From positions 32,001 through 96,000 of IMG/VR virus record IMGVR_UViG_3300029922_000031: a DNA stretch of 64,000 nucleotides; one strand, given 5' to 3'. The translations under genes and the position numbers were made by a program. The DNA comes from a virus. The notes under the pieces were generated by a model that saw only the letters and a list, made by a program, of their open reading frames with translations, ran no database searches and was not told where the DNA came from. Positions 36,018-46,000 of the stretch are shown in pieces; positions within the stretch are counted from its first letter, which is position 1, and every line of letters starts with the position of its first letter.

Positions 36018-39000
36018 TCACGCATTGAAGTAGATCGCCCCGCCATCGAGATCGATGATCATTTTCCCGTCAGTGCTCTGGATAGTGCCGGCGGTCACAG
36101 CGCCAATATCGGCGCTGATCGCCGAGAGCGTGGTGACGTCAAGCTGCGCCGCGGTGATCGAGTTGGCGGCGATTTGGGTGGCCGTGATGGTGCCGGCGGC
36201 GATTTGGGTGGCCGTGATGCTGCCGGCGGCGATCAAAGCCGCGGTGATCGAGTTTGCGGCGATCTGAGTAGCCGTGATCGTTCCCGCCGTTAGGCGATCG
36301 GCGGTGATCGCGCCCGCCTGAATCTGGGTAGCGGTGATCGTGCCAGCGGCGATCTGATCGGCCGTGATCGAAGCAGCGGCGATCTGCGCGGCCTTGATTG
36401 AGCCGGTGACGATGTTCGAGCCGTCGACAACGGTCTGACCATAGCTGACGATCATTCCCGCCAGGGGAGTATAGCTGGCGAAATTGATCACGTCGGCGCT
36501 AGAGCTCGCGGCGATGTCGTTCGAGAGTGTCGTCGCGTCCTTCTCCCACCAGACGTAGATGGGAGTGCCAGTGTAGGTCAGAGAGCCCGCAGCCACCGTG
36601 ACGGTTACGTTGTCGCCGGCGTCGTCGAGATATTGGATTGTACCGGCCGTCCAGGAGAAGACGCTCGTCCCGATGTTGAAGGCGAAAGTGAAGCCGGTGA
36701 TCGTGACGCCGCGCAGGCCGATGGTCAGTAGGTTAGCCGCAATGGTGTTGGCTGCAATCGAGCCGCCGTCGATCTTGGTCGCGTCTGAACCGTTCTGCCA
36801 GGAGGCGAGCGTTGTCGAACCGTCGATCTCGATTAGACCGGCGGCGATCTGGGTGGTGTTATTGTAGTTGATCAGGGCGGCTGGATCGCCAATCTCAACG
36901 CCTGTCGTGCCGATGGTGATCGTCGGCGGGAGTGAGGTCGTAATGTTGAGAAGATCGCCCGTAATTGAACCGGCGACGAGTCGATCGGCGGTGATCGAGC
37001 CCGCGACAATGTCACCGTTGGCGACTGCGCCAGGCGTGACAGAGACGGGGCCTGCGTAAGCACCCGCGACGCCCGACGTGTTGACAGCGCGCACCCAATA
37101 ATAGAGCTCTACGCCCGTCGTGAGCCCCGCCTGAGTGAATGCAGTCCCGTAAGACGTGCCGGCCAGCACTGCTGCGCCGAGCACACCGGTCGTGCCGAAC
37201 CAAATCTCGAGATGATCGAGGTCGGCGTCGCTCGGATTGACCCACTGAAGATAGACGCTCTTGAGCGATGCGGCGACGGCGAGCTCAGTGATAGCGCCCG
37301 GACCGGTCGTCTTCGCCGGCATGGCGATCGAGATGCTGGCGCAGAATGCCGACGCATACGCCGTCTGCGACCAAGCTCGGACCTTGACCGTGTATGTGTG
37401 GCCGGAGACCAGGTTCGGCCAGGAGAAGATGTCGAGCGAGGTCTGATAGCTGATGAAGGAGCCGGCGCCGTCCTGAATCTCGACGTCGAAATAGGCGAAG
37501 TTGCTCGAGGGCGAAGCGTCCCAGGTCGCGGTCAGAACCTGTTGAACCTCACCCGTCGTCAGAGTGAGGTTGCTGGTAGATAGCGCAAGGCTGGTTGGAA
37601 TATCTGGCGGGGTGACGTTGGGCGTGTAGCCGCCCACTGTCACAGCGAAGGGCGGCGAAATGTTCAGGTTATCGGTGCCGAACTGATCGTAGCCGGCGAT
37701 GCGGATATAATAGGTCGTTCCGAGATCGCCGGGGATCGCGACCAGATTGTTTGACCCCTGATAGACCGGCGTCGTCGCAAGGGGATCGAAGTTCTGATCG
37801 GTCGAAGCCCAGACAAAGGAGCCGACGAAGTCTGCATCCGACGGGTTGACATAGGTGACATACATCGCCTGCGCGCCAGACGTGACGGTCGGGAAGATGA
37901 CATCGGGGACCGGATTGTCGACCGCAAGCGTCACCGCCGGGGACTGACGACCAAGAGTATCTTGGACCACGACGCTGACCGAGAACGCACGCTGCGGCCC
38001 GCGGTTGAAGGCGACATTGTCGGCGGTGTTCTTATCAAAGGTGTAGACGTAGTCGCTGGTGTAGACGGTCTCGGTGCGCAGCACCGTGCCGGTGGTGGCG
38101 TCAAGGATTGAGACGCTGTTGCAGAGAAAGAAGGGGTTGACGCTTCCTACGCCTGCGGTGCTCTGGCCAACATCGCTGGTCGAACCGGGGAAATTATTCT
38201 CCCAGGTGACGTGGCAGTCCTTGCCGCTGAAGTTGGCGCTGTTGCCAGAGTCGAAGACTTCCAACATGCTGACATAGGGCGGCGGCGTCGCGGCCCAGCC
38301 CTGTACGTTGTAGTCTATGGAGACATCCGTCGAAACGCGGCCGTCAAAGCCGACCGATTGAATGTTGAAGGTCCACTGACCAAGCTGAATGCCGTCGGCG
38401 TCAAGGCTCGAGACGTTGGTCTGACCGATCGTCGTCGTGCCGCCGATATTCGGGCTGATGCCAGTGACCAGATAGGACTGAGCGAGGAAGTCATCCGAGG
38501 GCGACCACGAGAACGTCAGACGATTGGCCGCAACGCCGTTCTGAAAATAGACGCTCTCCTGCACCTGAAAATTAGCAGGCGGGTTGATGGTCGACTGCGG
38601 GCGCGAATATTGGATCGTCGCGAGATTTAGATTACCCTCGACTCGATCGTACTTCGTCGGATCGTAGAAGAGCGCCGTGATCTTGAAGAGGTTCTTTTCA
38701 GTCTCGGCGATCGAAATAACGCGATATTGCCGCGGCGCGAGCTCGGTGCTGGTGATCACCCACATCGCGCCAATGAGCGGCGCCTGCGCAAGAGCCGACT
38801 CGAGCGTGACCGTCTGATTGTCCGTACTGAAACTCGCGATCGTCTGCGAGCCGATCGTACCGTCCGGAAATTCAACCATGAGCGCGTAGGTTTGACCCAA
38901 GACCGGAACGAACGGCTGATCTAAAGTCAATACTGACTGGCTCGTGATGACCTGAATACGCCCGCCAAGCCGCACTTGAGCTTTGTTTGGGTCGGCGATC

Positions 39001-40484
39001 GCGATGACGTCGCCAGGCCGAACGTCGATATGATCCCAGGAAGCGGTATATTCGACGGTCTCGGTGGCGAATTGCTCGGTATCGAGCAGCCACTTTCCCA
39101 TGCGGTTGGCCTGGCCACGGCTCGTGCAGCCAATCGCGGTCAGGTTCGTCTCGCGCCACCCATATTGAATGAGCTGCGGCTCGCTGACCACTACCTCGAC
39201 GTCAGGCCCGTAGAACATGATCGGGTTGTTCCACCGGATCATTGCGACCGAATGCCGAGCCTTTAGAGCTGTGCCGCTGTAGTTGAAGTGCCCGTCGATG
39301 ACGTTCGTCGGCGAGACCAGCTTAACGGGATCCATCGGCATATCGGCGATGGCGAAAACCTGGCCAATCGACCAGTAGGCCATGCCTCGGAAGCTCGACG
39401 TGATGTTCTGAAGAGCCTTGTAGGCTTCCTGGCGATTATTAAGCACACCATTGAAGGTGTAGCGCGGCTCCTGCCCGCCGTAGCCGTCAGAGACCAACTG
39501 ATCGCAATATTGGGCGATCGAATAGAGCGACCACTTGTCAACTTTGGTGGCGTCGATGAACTCGCCGATACCGTAACGATCGTTCGTGAACAGGTCGTAG
39601 AGCACCCACGCCGGGTTGTTGGAATAGGCCATTTGGAATGTGCCATCCCAAACGCCGGTGTAGACTCGAGTTGTCGGATTATAGTTGCTCGGAACCTGAA
39701 TGATCAGGCCCTGAATGTGAAACGACCGAGCTGGGATTGCGCTTGCGCTAAACAGCTCCGAATCGACGGTGAGACCGACAACCGCCGAGTTCGGGTAGAT
39801 GAAGTTGCCGGCGACGATCGTCGTGTAGGAATCCCACCACGTTTCGTTCTGCAAACGAACGTTATCGGAGTCTTTGGTGATCCGCCGAACGCGCAAATTG
39901 CAGGGCGTGCTGCCCGGTGGGATGTCGAAGACGCTCTGGTGCTGATAGGCGCTGGTGCATTTCTGATTGTTAAGGTTGACGGTGGCGGCGAGCGTCCAGT
40001 AGCCGCCATTAGGCTGAATTTCGACGACCCACGAAACACTGGTTGGATTTATGTTGCCACTGCTGTCCGTCGACGTGAGCGCCGGCACGCGAACAATCAC
40101 CTGAGCGGAAGTGACGTCCGGGTCGACAATCGTCACCGCCGAAGGCGAGATGTTTTCCTGAACTTGAATGCCGACCGCGATGACGTTCTCCGCGGTCGAA
40201 TTGCCGGGCAGGGCCGGCTGGTCGGGCAATCCCACGCGGCTTTCCCACTGCACACCGCGAAAGTTCACGGTGCCATTGGCATTCACCACCGGCGTTTGGT
40301 TGAAATAGATCGAGGTCCCGCCGTTGACGAGACCCGCGATCTGACCCTCGCCGATCAGCTCGACGATGCGTGCAAAGGCGGCCGAGCGAAGCGTATTGTC
40401 CGCCTCGACGCCTTGCCCGCCGCCTTTGATAAAGCCGCTGAGAGAGGAGGTCTTTGAGCCCCGAATGGGAAGAGGAAAATCCAT
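36018..40484 (-). CDS. Central tail fibre / host specificity protein J
   Basis: SNNPAWVLYD, YCDQLVSDG.GGQEPRYT, GCTSRGQA.R.GKW; FN3 domains; AAxSITAxQI repeats. Confidence 0.95.
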   Translation of the reverse strand: MDFPLPIRGSKTSSLSGFIKGGGQGVEADNTLRSAAFARIVELIGEGQIAGLVNGGTSIYFNQTPVVNANGTVNFRGVQWESRVGLPDQPALPGNSTAENVIAVGIQVQENISPSAVTIVDPDVTSAQVIVRVPALTSTDSSGNINPTSVSWVVEIQPNGGYWTLAATVNLNNQKCTSAYQHQSVFDIPPGSTPCNLRVRRITKDSDNVRLQNETWWDSYTTIVAGNFIYPNSAVVGLTVDSELFSASAIPARSFHIQGLIIQVPSNYNPTTRVYTGVWDGTFQMAYSNNPAWVLYDLFTNDRYGIGEFIDATKVDKWSLYSIAQYCDQLVSDGYGGQEPRYTFNGVLNNRQEAYKALQNITSSFRGMAYWSIGQVFAIADMPMDPVKLVSPTNVIDGHFNYSGTALKARHSVAMIRWNNPIMFYGPDVEVVVSEPQLIQYGWRETNLTAIGCTSRGQANRMGKWLLDTEQFATETVEYTASWDHIDVRPGDVIAIADPNKAQVRLGGRIQVITSQSVLTLDQPFVPVLGQTYALMVEFPDGTIGSQTIASFSTDNQTVTLESALAQAPLIGAMWVITSTELAPRQYRVISIAETEKNLFKITALFYDPTKYDRVEGNLNLATIQYSRPQSTINPPANFQVQESVYFQNGVAANRLTFSWSPSDDFLAQSYLVTGISPNIGGTTTIGQTNVSSLDADGIQLGQWTFNIQSVGFDGRVSTDVSIDYNVQGWAATPPPYVSMLEVFDSGNSANFSGKDCHVTWENNFPGSTSDVGQSTAGVGSVNPFFLCNSVSILDATTGTVLRTETVYTSDYVYTFDKNTADNVAFNRGPQRAFSVSVVVQDTLGRQSPAVTLAVDNPVPDVIFPTVTSGAQAMYVTYVNPSDADFVGSFVWASTDQNFDPLATTPVYQGSNNLVAIPGDLGTTYYIRIAGYDQFGTDNLNISPPFAVTVGGYTPNVTPPDIPTSLALSTSNLTLTTGEVQQVLTATWDASPSSNFAYFDVEIQDGAGSFISYQTSLDIFSWPNLVSGHTYTVKVRAWSQTAYASAFCASISIAMPAKTTGPGAITELAVAASLKSVYLQWVNPSDADLDHLEIWFGTTGVLGAAVLAGTSYGTAFTQAGLTTGVELYYWVRAVNTSGVAGAYAGPVSVTPGAVANGDIVAGSITADRLVAGSITGDLLNITTSLPPTITIGTTGVEIGDPAALINYNNTTQIAAGLIEIDGSTTLASWQNGSDATKIDGGSIAANTIAANLLTIGLRGVTITGFTFAFNIGTSVFSWTAGTIQYLDDAGDNVTVTVAAGSLTYTGTPIYVWWEKDATTLSNDIAASSSADVINFASYTPLAGMIVSYGQTVVDGSNIVTGSIKAAQIAAASITADQIAAGTITATQIQAGAITADRLTAGTITATQIAANSITAALIAAGSITATQIAAGTITATQIAANSITAAQLDVTTLSAISADIGAVTAGTIQSTDGKMIIDLDGGAIYFNA

Positions 40485-41203
40485 TAGGTGTTACCGGAAG
40501 GCTGAGTGTATTCGGACGGACTGCCGGTGACGATGCCCTGCCCTGTTTCTGGATCATAGGTGTCGATGTTCGTGTTGCCGTCGGTCGGATTCCAATTGAC
40601 GGGAATGTTCTCGATGTCGAGCGCGCCGGAGATAAGCTGCGAGCCGCAGATAACCTCGCCGTAGATCAACGGCACAGGATTACCCTGCGCATAAGAGTTG
40701 TCGGGACCGGCGAGCGTGAACGAAGCCTGCTCATTCGGGTTCTGCTGCTTTGGCGCCAAAAGGGTCGCAACGCCAGCGAGTGTCAGCGCTAAGCCGACCA
40801 TCGCCACGTTGCCGTAGCTAAACGCGCCCATGAGGCCAGCGCCGAGTGGCGCAGCGAGAGCGCCGCCCGACATGAATAATGCCGTACCGATCAGAGCGAC
40901 GCCAAGAATTGTCTTCAGCGCGCCGCCGGCGGTAGAATTCTTCGAGCCAGCGATGTGCGGAACGATATGAAGATCCGCCTGACCGAGTTTGAAGTCGTTC
41001 AGTTCGCCTTCATCGAGATACATCCCGTCATCGTTAGGATCGCCGCGCACGATCTCGAACGAACCTTCCCGCAGCTCCTCAAGGAAGCCCGTCAGATTGG
41101 CGTGGAGCGCGCGAATAGCTTCGCCGGCAGTCGCGACGTTCAGGCGGAATACGTCGCCGAATTTGTCGCCAAGCCGGCCGTGAAGCCAGATGTTACGAAG
41201 CAC
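40484..41203 (-). CDS. Tail assembly protein I (lambda gpI-like)
   Basis: L.GRLG.KFG...AIRAL, QGNPVPLIYGE. Confidence 0.92.
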   Translation of the reverse strand: MLRNIWLHGRLGDKFGDVFRLNVATAGEAIRALHANLTGFLEELREGSFEIVRGDPNDDGMYLDEGELNDFKLGQADLHIVPHIAGSKNSTAGGALKTILGVALIGTALFMSGGALAAPLGAGLMGAFSYGNVAMVGLALTLAGVATLLAPKQQNPNEQASFTLAGPDNSYAQGNPVPLIYGEVICGSQLISGALDIENIPVNWNPTDGNTNIDTYDPETGQGIVTGSPSEYTQPSGNT

Positions 41204-41972
41204 CGCTAGTCCCCTTGTAACGAACCCAAATCTCCGCGGCGCGCGCCCAGATACCGGCGGGTGTTCGATGCGAGAGGCGACCGGGAAGATGATGAATGAT
41301 TGTGCCGTCTGAAGTCAGAATGCCGCAATGGTTGAGAGTCAGGCTCCGAATCTTCATGAGGAAGGCATCGCCCGGCTTCGCCTCCTCGCGCGGGATTTCG
41401 ACGAAACCAGCCTTCTTGAAGTTGTCGACGTAGAGGGTCTGACCGAGCTTCTTCGTGTCGCCCCACCAGCCGTCAGCGCGAGGAAACTCAGGGAGAATGA
41501 TTGACTCGAGCGGCCAGAGAACGCTCTGTTGAGCAAGCTTCTCTTTTCCCAAGCCGTATGTGTCGCGCGCAAGCGAGTAGCAGTCGCGAATCCCGTGCAT
41601 GAACGAGCGTCCGAGAATCGGGGCGATCTCAGCGTTCCCGCCCCAAATCTCAGGTGTCGAGGTGATCTCCCCATCCGTCGCAATGAGAACCCACGGCACG
41701 CCCGTCGCAAGCTGCCCAATCATGTCGCTATCGGTCGGAAATAGCGGGCCGCCGGGGTGCGAATGCACAACTGCTTCGATCTTCTTGCCATCGGTCTTCA
41801 GCTTGACCTGAAGCGCCGCGGCGATCGTGAAGTCTTTGTTTGGGTCGGTCGCGTAGTTGAAGCACGGCAGATAATCGCCGTCGACGATCAGCCCGCAAGC
41901 CTCCTTCGGGAAGTCCCGGATCGTGTGCGCCTTAATATCGCTGATGTTCTTGGCCGTCAGGATAAAGGTCAT
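41193..41972 (-). CDS. Tail tip protein K (JAB + NlpC/P60)
   Basis: EACG, HSHP...SD, DCYSL.RD, NHCGI. Confidence 0.93.
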   Translation of the reverse strand: MTFILTAKNISDIKAHTIRDFPKEACGLIVDGDYLPCFNYATDPNKDFTIAAALQVKLKTDGKKIEAVVHSHPGGPLFPTDSDMIGQLATGVPWVLIATDGEITSTPEIWGGNAEIAPILGRSFMHGIRDCYSLARDTYGLGKEKLAQQSVLWPLESIILPEFPRADGWWGDTKKLGQTLYVDNFKKAGFVEIPREEAKPGDAFLMKIRSLTLNHCGILTSDGTIIHHLPGRLSHRTPAGIWARAAEIWVRYKGTSGAS

Positions 41973-42676
41973 TGGAACCTCGCAACGCCGGCAAAGCCAC
42001 CATAGGGTAGATCGCCGGTAGCGCCGAAGCGAAGCTTGCAGCTCGAGACCATGCGGCCGCAGCCGTCCTGAGTCGGATCAGTGCTTGCCGCGTCCTGTGC
42101 GGTCATGATCGCCCCAGTGTAGGGGCACTGAGCCTTGGTGTAGTCGAAGGCGCCCGTGGTCATGTTCCAGACTCGGTATCGCCAGGTGCAGGTGTCGCGG
42201 ATAACCATGCGCTTGGGAATCATCGCGCCTTGATTGTCGAGAGAAGAGGATAATTCCCACTCGATGAAGATTGGGTTCTCGCTCGATTTCCGCTCAACGA
42301 GAAAGATGTCTGGACCAAAAAGCGCGGTCGGATCTGCTTCCGCGGCGCCATCGAGATACTGAGCGAAGGTGCGAATGCGAGTCAGCGTGCAACCAACGAG
42401 GTCGCCGAAGGTGTTCAGCATCGCCTGAAAAATGCCGTTCGAGTTCGAGACCTTAATTTTTGGGGTCGGCAAGCCGCCCGAGCCGCTCATCTCGAAGCCC
42501 GAATAGCTGACGTCGGTCGGCGTGTAGTAGACGCCATTGAAAGTCACGCCGAGATTGTTCTGAGCGGCCGCGCAGAAGCTCTGAATGGGGCCGCCGATCG
42601 AGCTCGTATCCAACTGAAACATGGTCACGAGTTCGCCAGGTGTCGGACTCTGAACATTTTCGGTTAGATTGGTCAT
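41969..42676 (-). CDS. Minor tail protein L
   Basis: RTFAQYLD, CTWRYR...C...C...SCKLRFG...YGGF. Confidence 0.93.
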   Translation of the reverse strand: MTNLTENVQSPTPGELVTMFQLDTSSIGGPIQSFCAAAQNNLGVTFNGVYYTPTDVSYSGFEMSGSGGLPTPKIKVSNSNGIFQAMLNTFGDLVGCTLTRIRTFAQYLDGAAEADPTALFGPDIFLVERKSSENPIFIEWELSSSLDNQGAMIPKRMVIRDTCTWRYRVWNMTTGAFDYTKAQCPYTGAIMTAQDAASTDPTQDGCGRMVSSCKLRFGATGDLPYGGFAGVARFQ

Positions 42677-42719
42677 CTCACATCTCTGCTCCTATTCACA
42701 TGATAAGTCAATTTTGACT

Positions 42720-43076
42720 TCATGTTAAGGTGCTAAAATTCTGCGTTAGAGTTGCGTTGATTGTTCGTAGACCACCCTGCCCTCGCTTGACGGACCAATC
42801 TTCGCAGGTCCATTTGGTCGGCGCGAGATCATCGGAGACCGTATAGTAAAACGGCACGTCGCCGCCCTGATCGCTGAAGAAGGTGTCGATCACGACGGCC
42901 TGATCGAGGGTCAGCGTCTCCCAGGTCAGCGTCAGCGAGTTCTTGATCCAGTTCACGCCGTCGCGCGTAGCCTGCGAATATCCGTCACCGAAGTCTGCCT
43001 TGAGCAGCTTCGGCTTACGCTTGATGTCAGTTCCCGGCGAGGGTGGCGGATCAGGGTTGAAAGTATTTAGGGTCAT
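42720..43076 (-). CDS. Minor tail protein M (distal tail)
   Basis: FGDGYSQ...GVN. Confidence 0.9.
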   Translation of the reverse strand: MTLNTFNPDPPPSPGTDIKRKPKLLKADFGDGYSQATRDGVNWIKNSLTLTWETLTLDQAVVIDTFFSDQGGDVPFYYTVSDDLAPTKWTCEDWSVKRGQGGLRTINATLTQNFSTLT

Positions 43077-43085
43077 CTTGGTCTC

Positions 43086-46000
43086 TTAGCCGAACAGAAG
43101 ATTACCGGGACGCATTTGTTGCCGCAATTCATCCACTACCGTAGAACGTGCAATGCGCTCGACGTGCGCGCCAACCTGTGCAGCCAGGTCCGCATTGTCC
43201 TCGGGGCGGCCGCCGTTCGCATTCACGATCACGTTATTGTGGAGCGTGACCTGATTGTTGCTGCGGCCCAGCGCCTTCATCTGCTCCTGCGTGAACACGC
43301 CCTCGTTCTTCTTGGCGATGATCGGCACCTCGTCGACGCCGACGATGCCGCCGCTGTGAAAGCGCGGCGCATTGGCGAACGGGCTGCCGCTGCTCATCAG
43401 ACTGGCGAGCGACATATAGCGCATCCCTGACGCGCCGCCGACGATGCCGCCCGTGTGGTGAGTCGCGACGCCGAATAGCGTCGTGAGCTTGCTGCCGCCA
43501 CCGCCGCCACCCATCTTGCTGCCGCCGCCGACGGCGCCGGCGAGCTGCATCGGTGCGCCTTTGCTGCCGCCGCCACCGCCCAGCAGTGATCCCATGCCGC
43601 CCAAGAGACCGCTCGCGGCCCCTTTCATAGCGATCTCAAGCAGGTCTTTCTCGATCGAGGCCGCAAACGAGGCCCAGTTCGCCTTACCGGTCATGATCTG
43701 GGTCGCCAGATTGTCGACAGCCGAGTTCATGAAGCTCGACGTCGCCTGTTGCAGATTCTTGGTCGAGTCTGCCCAATCCTGCATCTGCTTGGCGAATGGC
43801 GTCTTGGCCTGCATCGCAGCCCAATCAGCCGCGAGCGCGGCGTTGAACTGCTTGGAGATGACTGCCTTCTGCTCTTCGGTGCCCGTGAAGTTGGCGAGGT
43901 CGCGCTGATATTCCTGAGCTAGCGCATTGTATTTGGCGACGTCAGCCTGCTCCTGCGACATCGTCGACTCACGATAGGTCTCGGTCTTCTTCTGAGCGGC
44001 CTCGGCCGCCTTCATGATGTCCTGATCTTGCTGAAGAGCGGAGTTCTGATCCGCCTCGCTCTGCGCCTGAGCAGCCTGCGGCGAGCCGGCGCCATATGCC
44101 GTCACGGCCTTCGAAACGTTGCGCTGACCCTCTTCGCGCACCTTTAGGAGCGCATCCGAAGCGCCATCCGCGCCGTGAGCGAGCTTCGTGAAGTCGTTGG
44201 CCAGCGCCTCGCGTCCTTCAACGAGCTTCTGCGCCGAGGCTTTCGCGGCCGTTTCAGCATCGGTGATCGCGGTCTTAAAGGCGTCGGCCTGCTTCTTGGC
44301 TTCGTCGGCCGCGCTGGCGGCATCCTTGAACGGCTGATAGCGCGGGTCGTCAGAGTTGTTGGTGCCAAATGAGGTCTTTTGACCGTTCTCTTTGATCCAG
44401 GCGATCAGCTTGGAGAGCTCGGTGCCGCTACCTTCCGCCTCGAGCGACTTGACGTCGCCCATCTTCGAGAATTTGTCGAACAATTCCATCAACGCCTTAT
44501 TAGCGTTGGCCTGTTCAACCTGCGGCTGTAAAGTCCTAGCAGTTTCGGCGAGCCGATCGTTCTTCTGCGTCTCACTTTCGGGAGCGTTCACCACCGAACG
44601 GTTGGCGGCGATCTGCTTCACTAGAGCATCTATCTGGGCGACGCTCATGCCGGCGCGACCCATCTCGCCGCCAGAATCGGCGAAGGCGCCGGTCTTGCCC
44701 ATGTCGAGATGAAGATGCGAGTCCGAAACGCCGACGCGGGTGAAGCCCGCTTCGATCGCCTTGGTGACGAGATCGATGTATTGCGCGCCGGACATGCTGT
44801 TGTTGGCGGCGATGTCGACCGCCTCGCCCTTGTAATGCTCCGAGTCCTTCGCGTGATCGCCCTGTGTCGTTGAGGTGATCGTGAACGCGCCGGCCATCTG
44901 CTCCAGCGCATGCAAGGCGCTCTTGACGTCGTCCTGAAGCGGATCACTTGGGCTGGTCTTAGCAGAGAACGGACCCGCATTGCCGAAGTTGATGCCTTGC
45001 GCCCAGTCAGTGGGCGGAGGGCCGCTAGGCGCGGTAGCGCGCGGCCCGGCCATGATCGAGCCGTTCAGTAGCGAGGCGGCCGGCTGATTAAACAAGCCGC
45101 TCTTCGCCGTACCATTGACGATGCTTAGAAGCGCGCTAGACGTGCCGTTAAGCGCATCGTTGACCGTCGTGATGTTCTGAGCCAGCGTGACGCCGAAGCT
45201 GTCCTGAAGCGCCTTGCCGGCGTCTACCGCGGCCTTTTGCGCCTTATCGAGCTCTTCGCGCATCGCAACCAGTCGAAGTTGATCGGGCGTCGTGCCGCCC
45301 TGGCCGGGATATTCGCCGCGGGCCTTCCTCGCCATAATCTGTTCGTAGCCGCTCAACTTGCCATAGAGATCGTCGAAGATCGTGTTGTTATCCTTATCGA
45401 TTAAATCCGTCAGATCTTTTTCGAGCTTGTGACCACCAGAGATAATATTCTCGTAGTCGTCGGCCTGCGTCTTCAATTCCTTCATCTGCACGATCGCCTC
45501 GGCGACCATCCCGACATGACTGTCGCCGGCCTTACCCAACCGCAGCCAGGTCTGATAGAGCTGCTCGGCCGACGCATCCGCCCCTTCGATCCCAGCCTTG
45601 TAGCCGTCGATCGAGGCGTAGAGCTTCTGGATCTCCTCGCTGGCTTTCTCCATCAGCTTGTCGTCAGGTAGCACCTTCTTGTTGAGCTGGAAGCCCATCG
45701 GCTGCTTGGCGTACTCATCGCGCTGCGTCTTCAGCGCCTGTTCACGCTCCTCCAAATTGAGAATGAATGAATCCGCAGCCATCTGGTCGGAGGGCGACGT
45801 TGACGTCTTGCGGACCTCTTCGGCCTTCGCCTTGTATTCTTCAAGCTTGGCGATCTCGGAATCGTAATCGCTCATGACGCGATCGCGCTGAGCAGTCTGA
45901 TAATCAGCAGTCGCCAGCGCCGCCGATTGGTGAGCATTGTTGATGATCTTCAATTGCGCGTCGAAGGCTTTTGCGGCTGCATCCGATGATTGATTATAGA

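Noticed and set aside
36120-36410. 30-bp periodic repeats as a DGR or regulatory repeat
   Set aside because: They encode the AAxSITAxQI repeats typical of J C-termini; no reverse transcriptase seen
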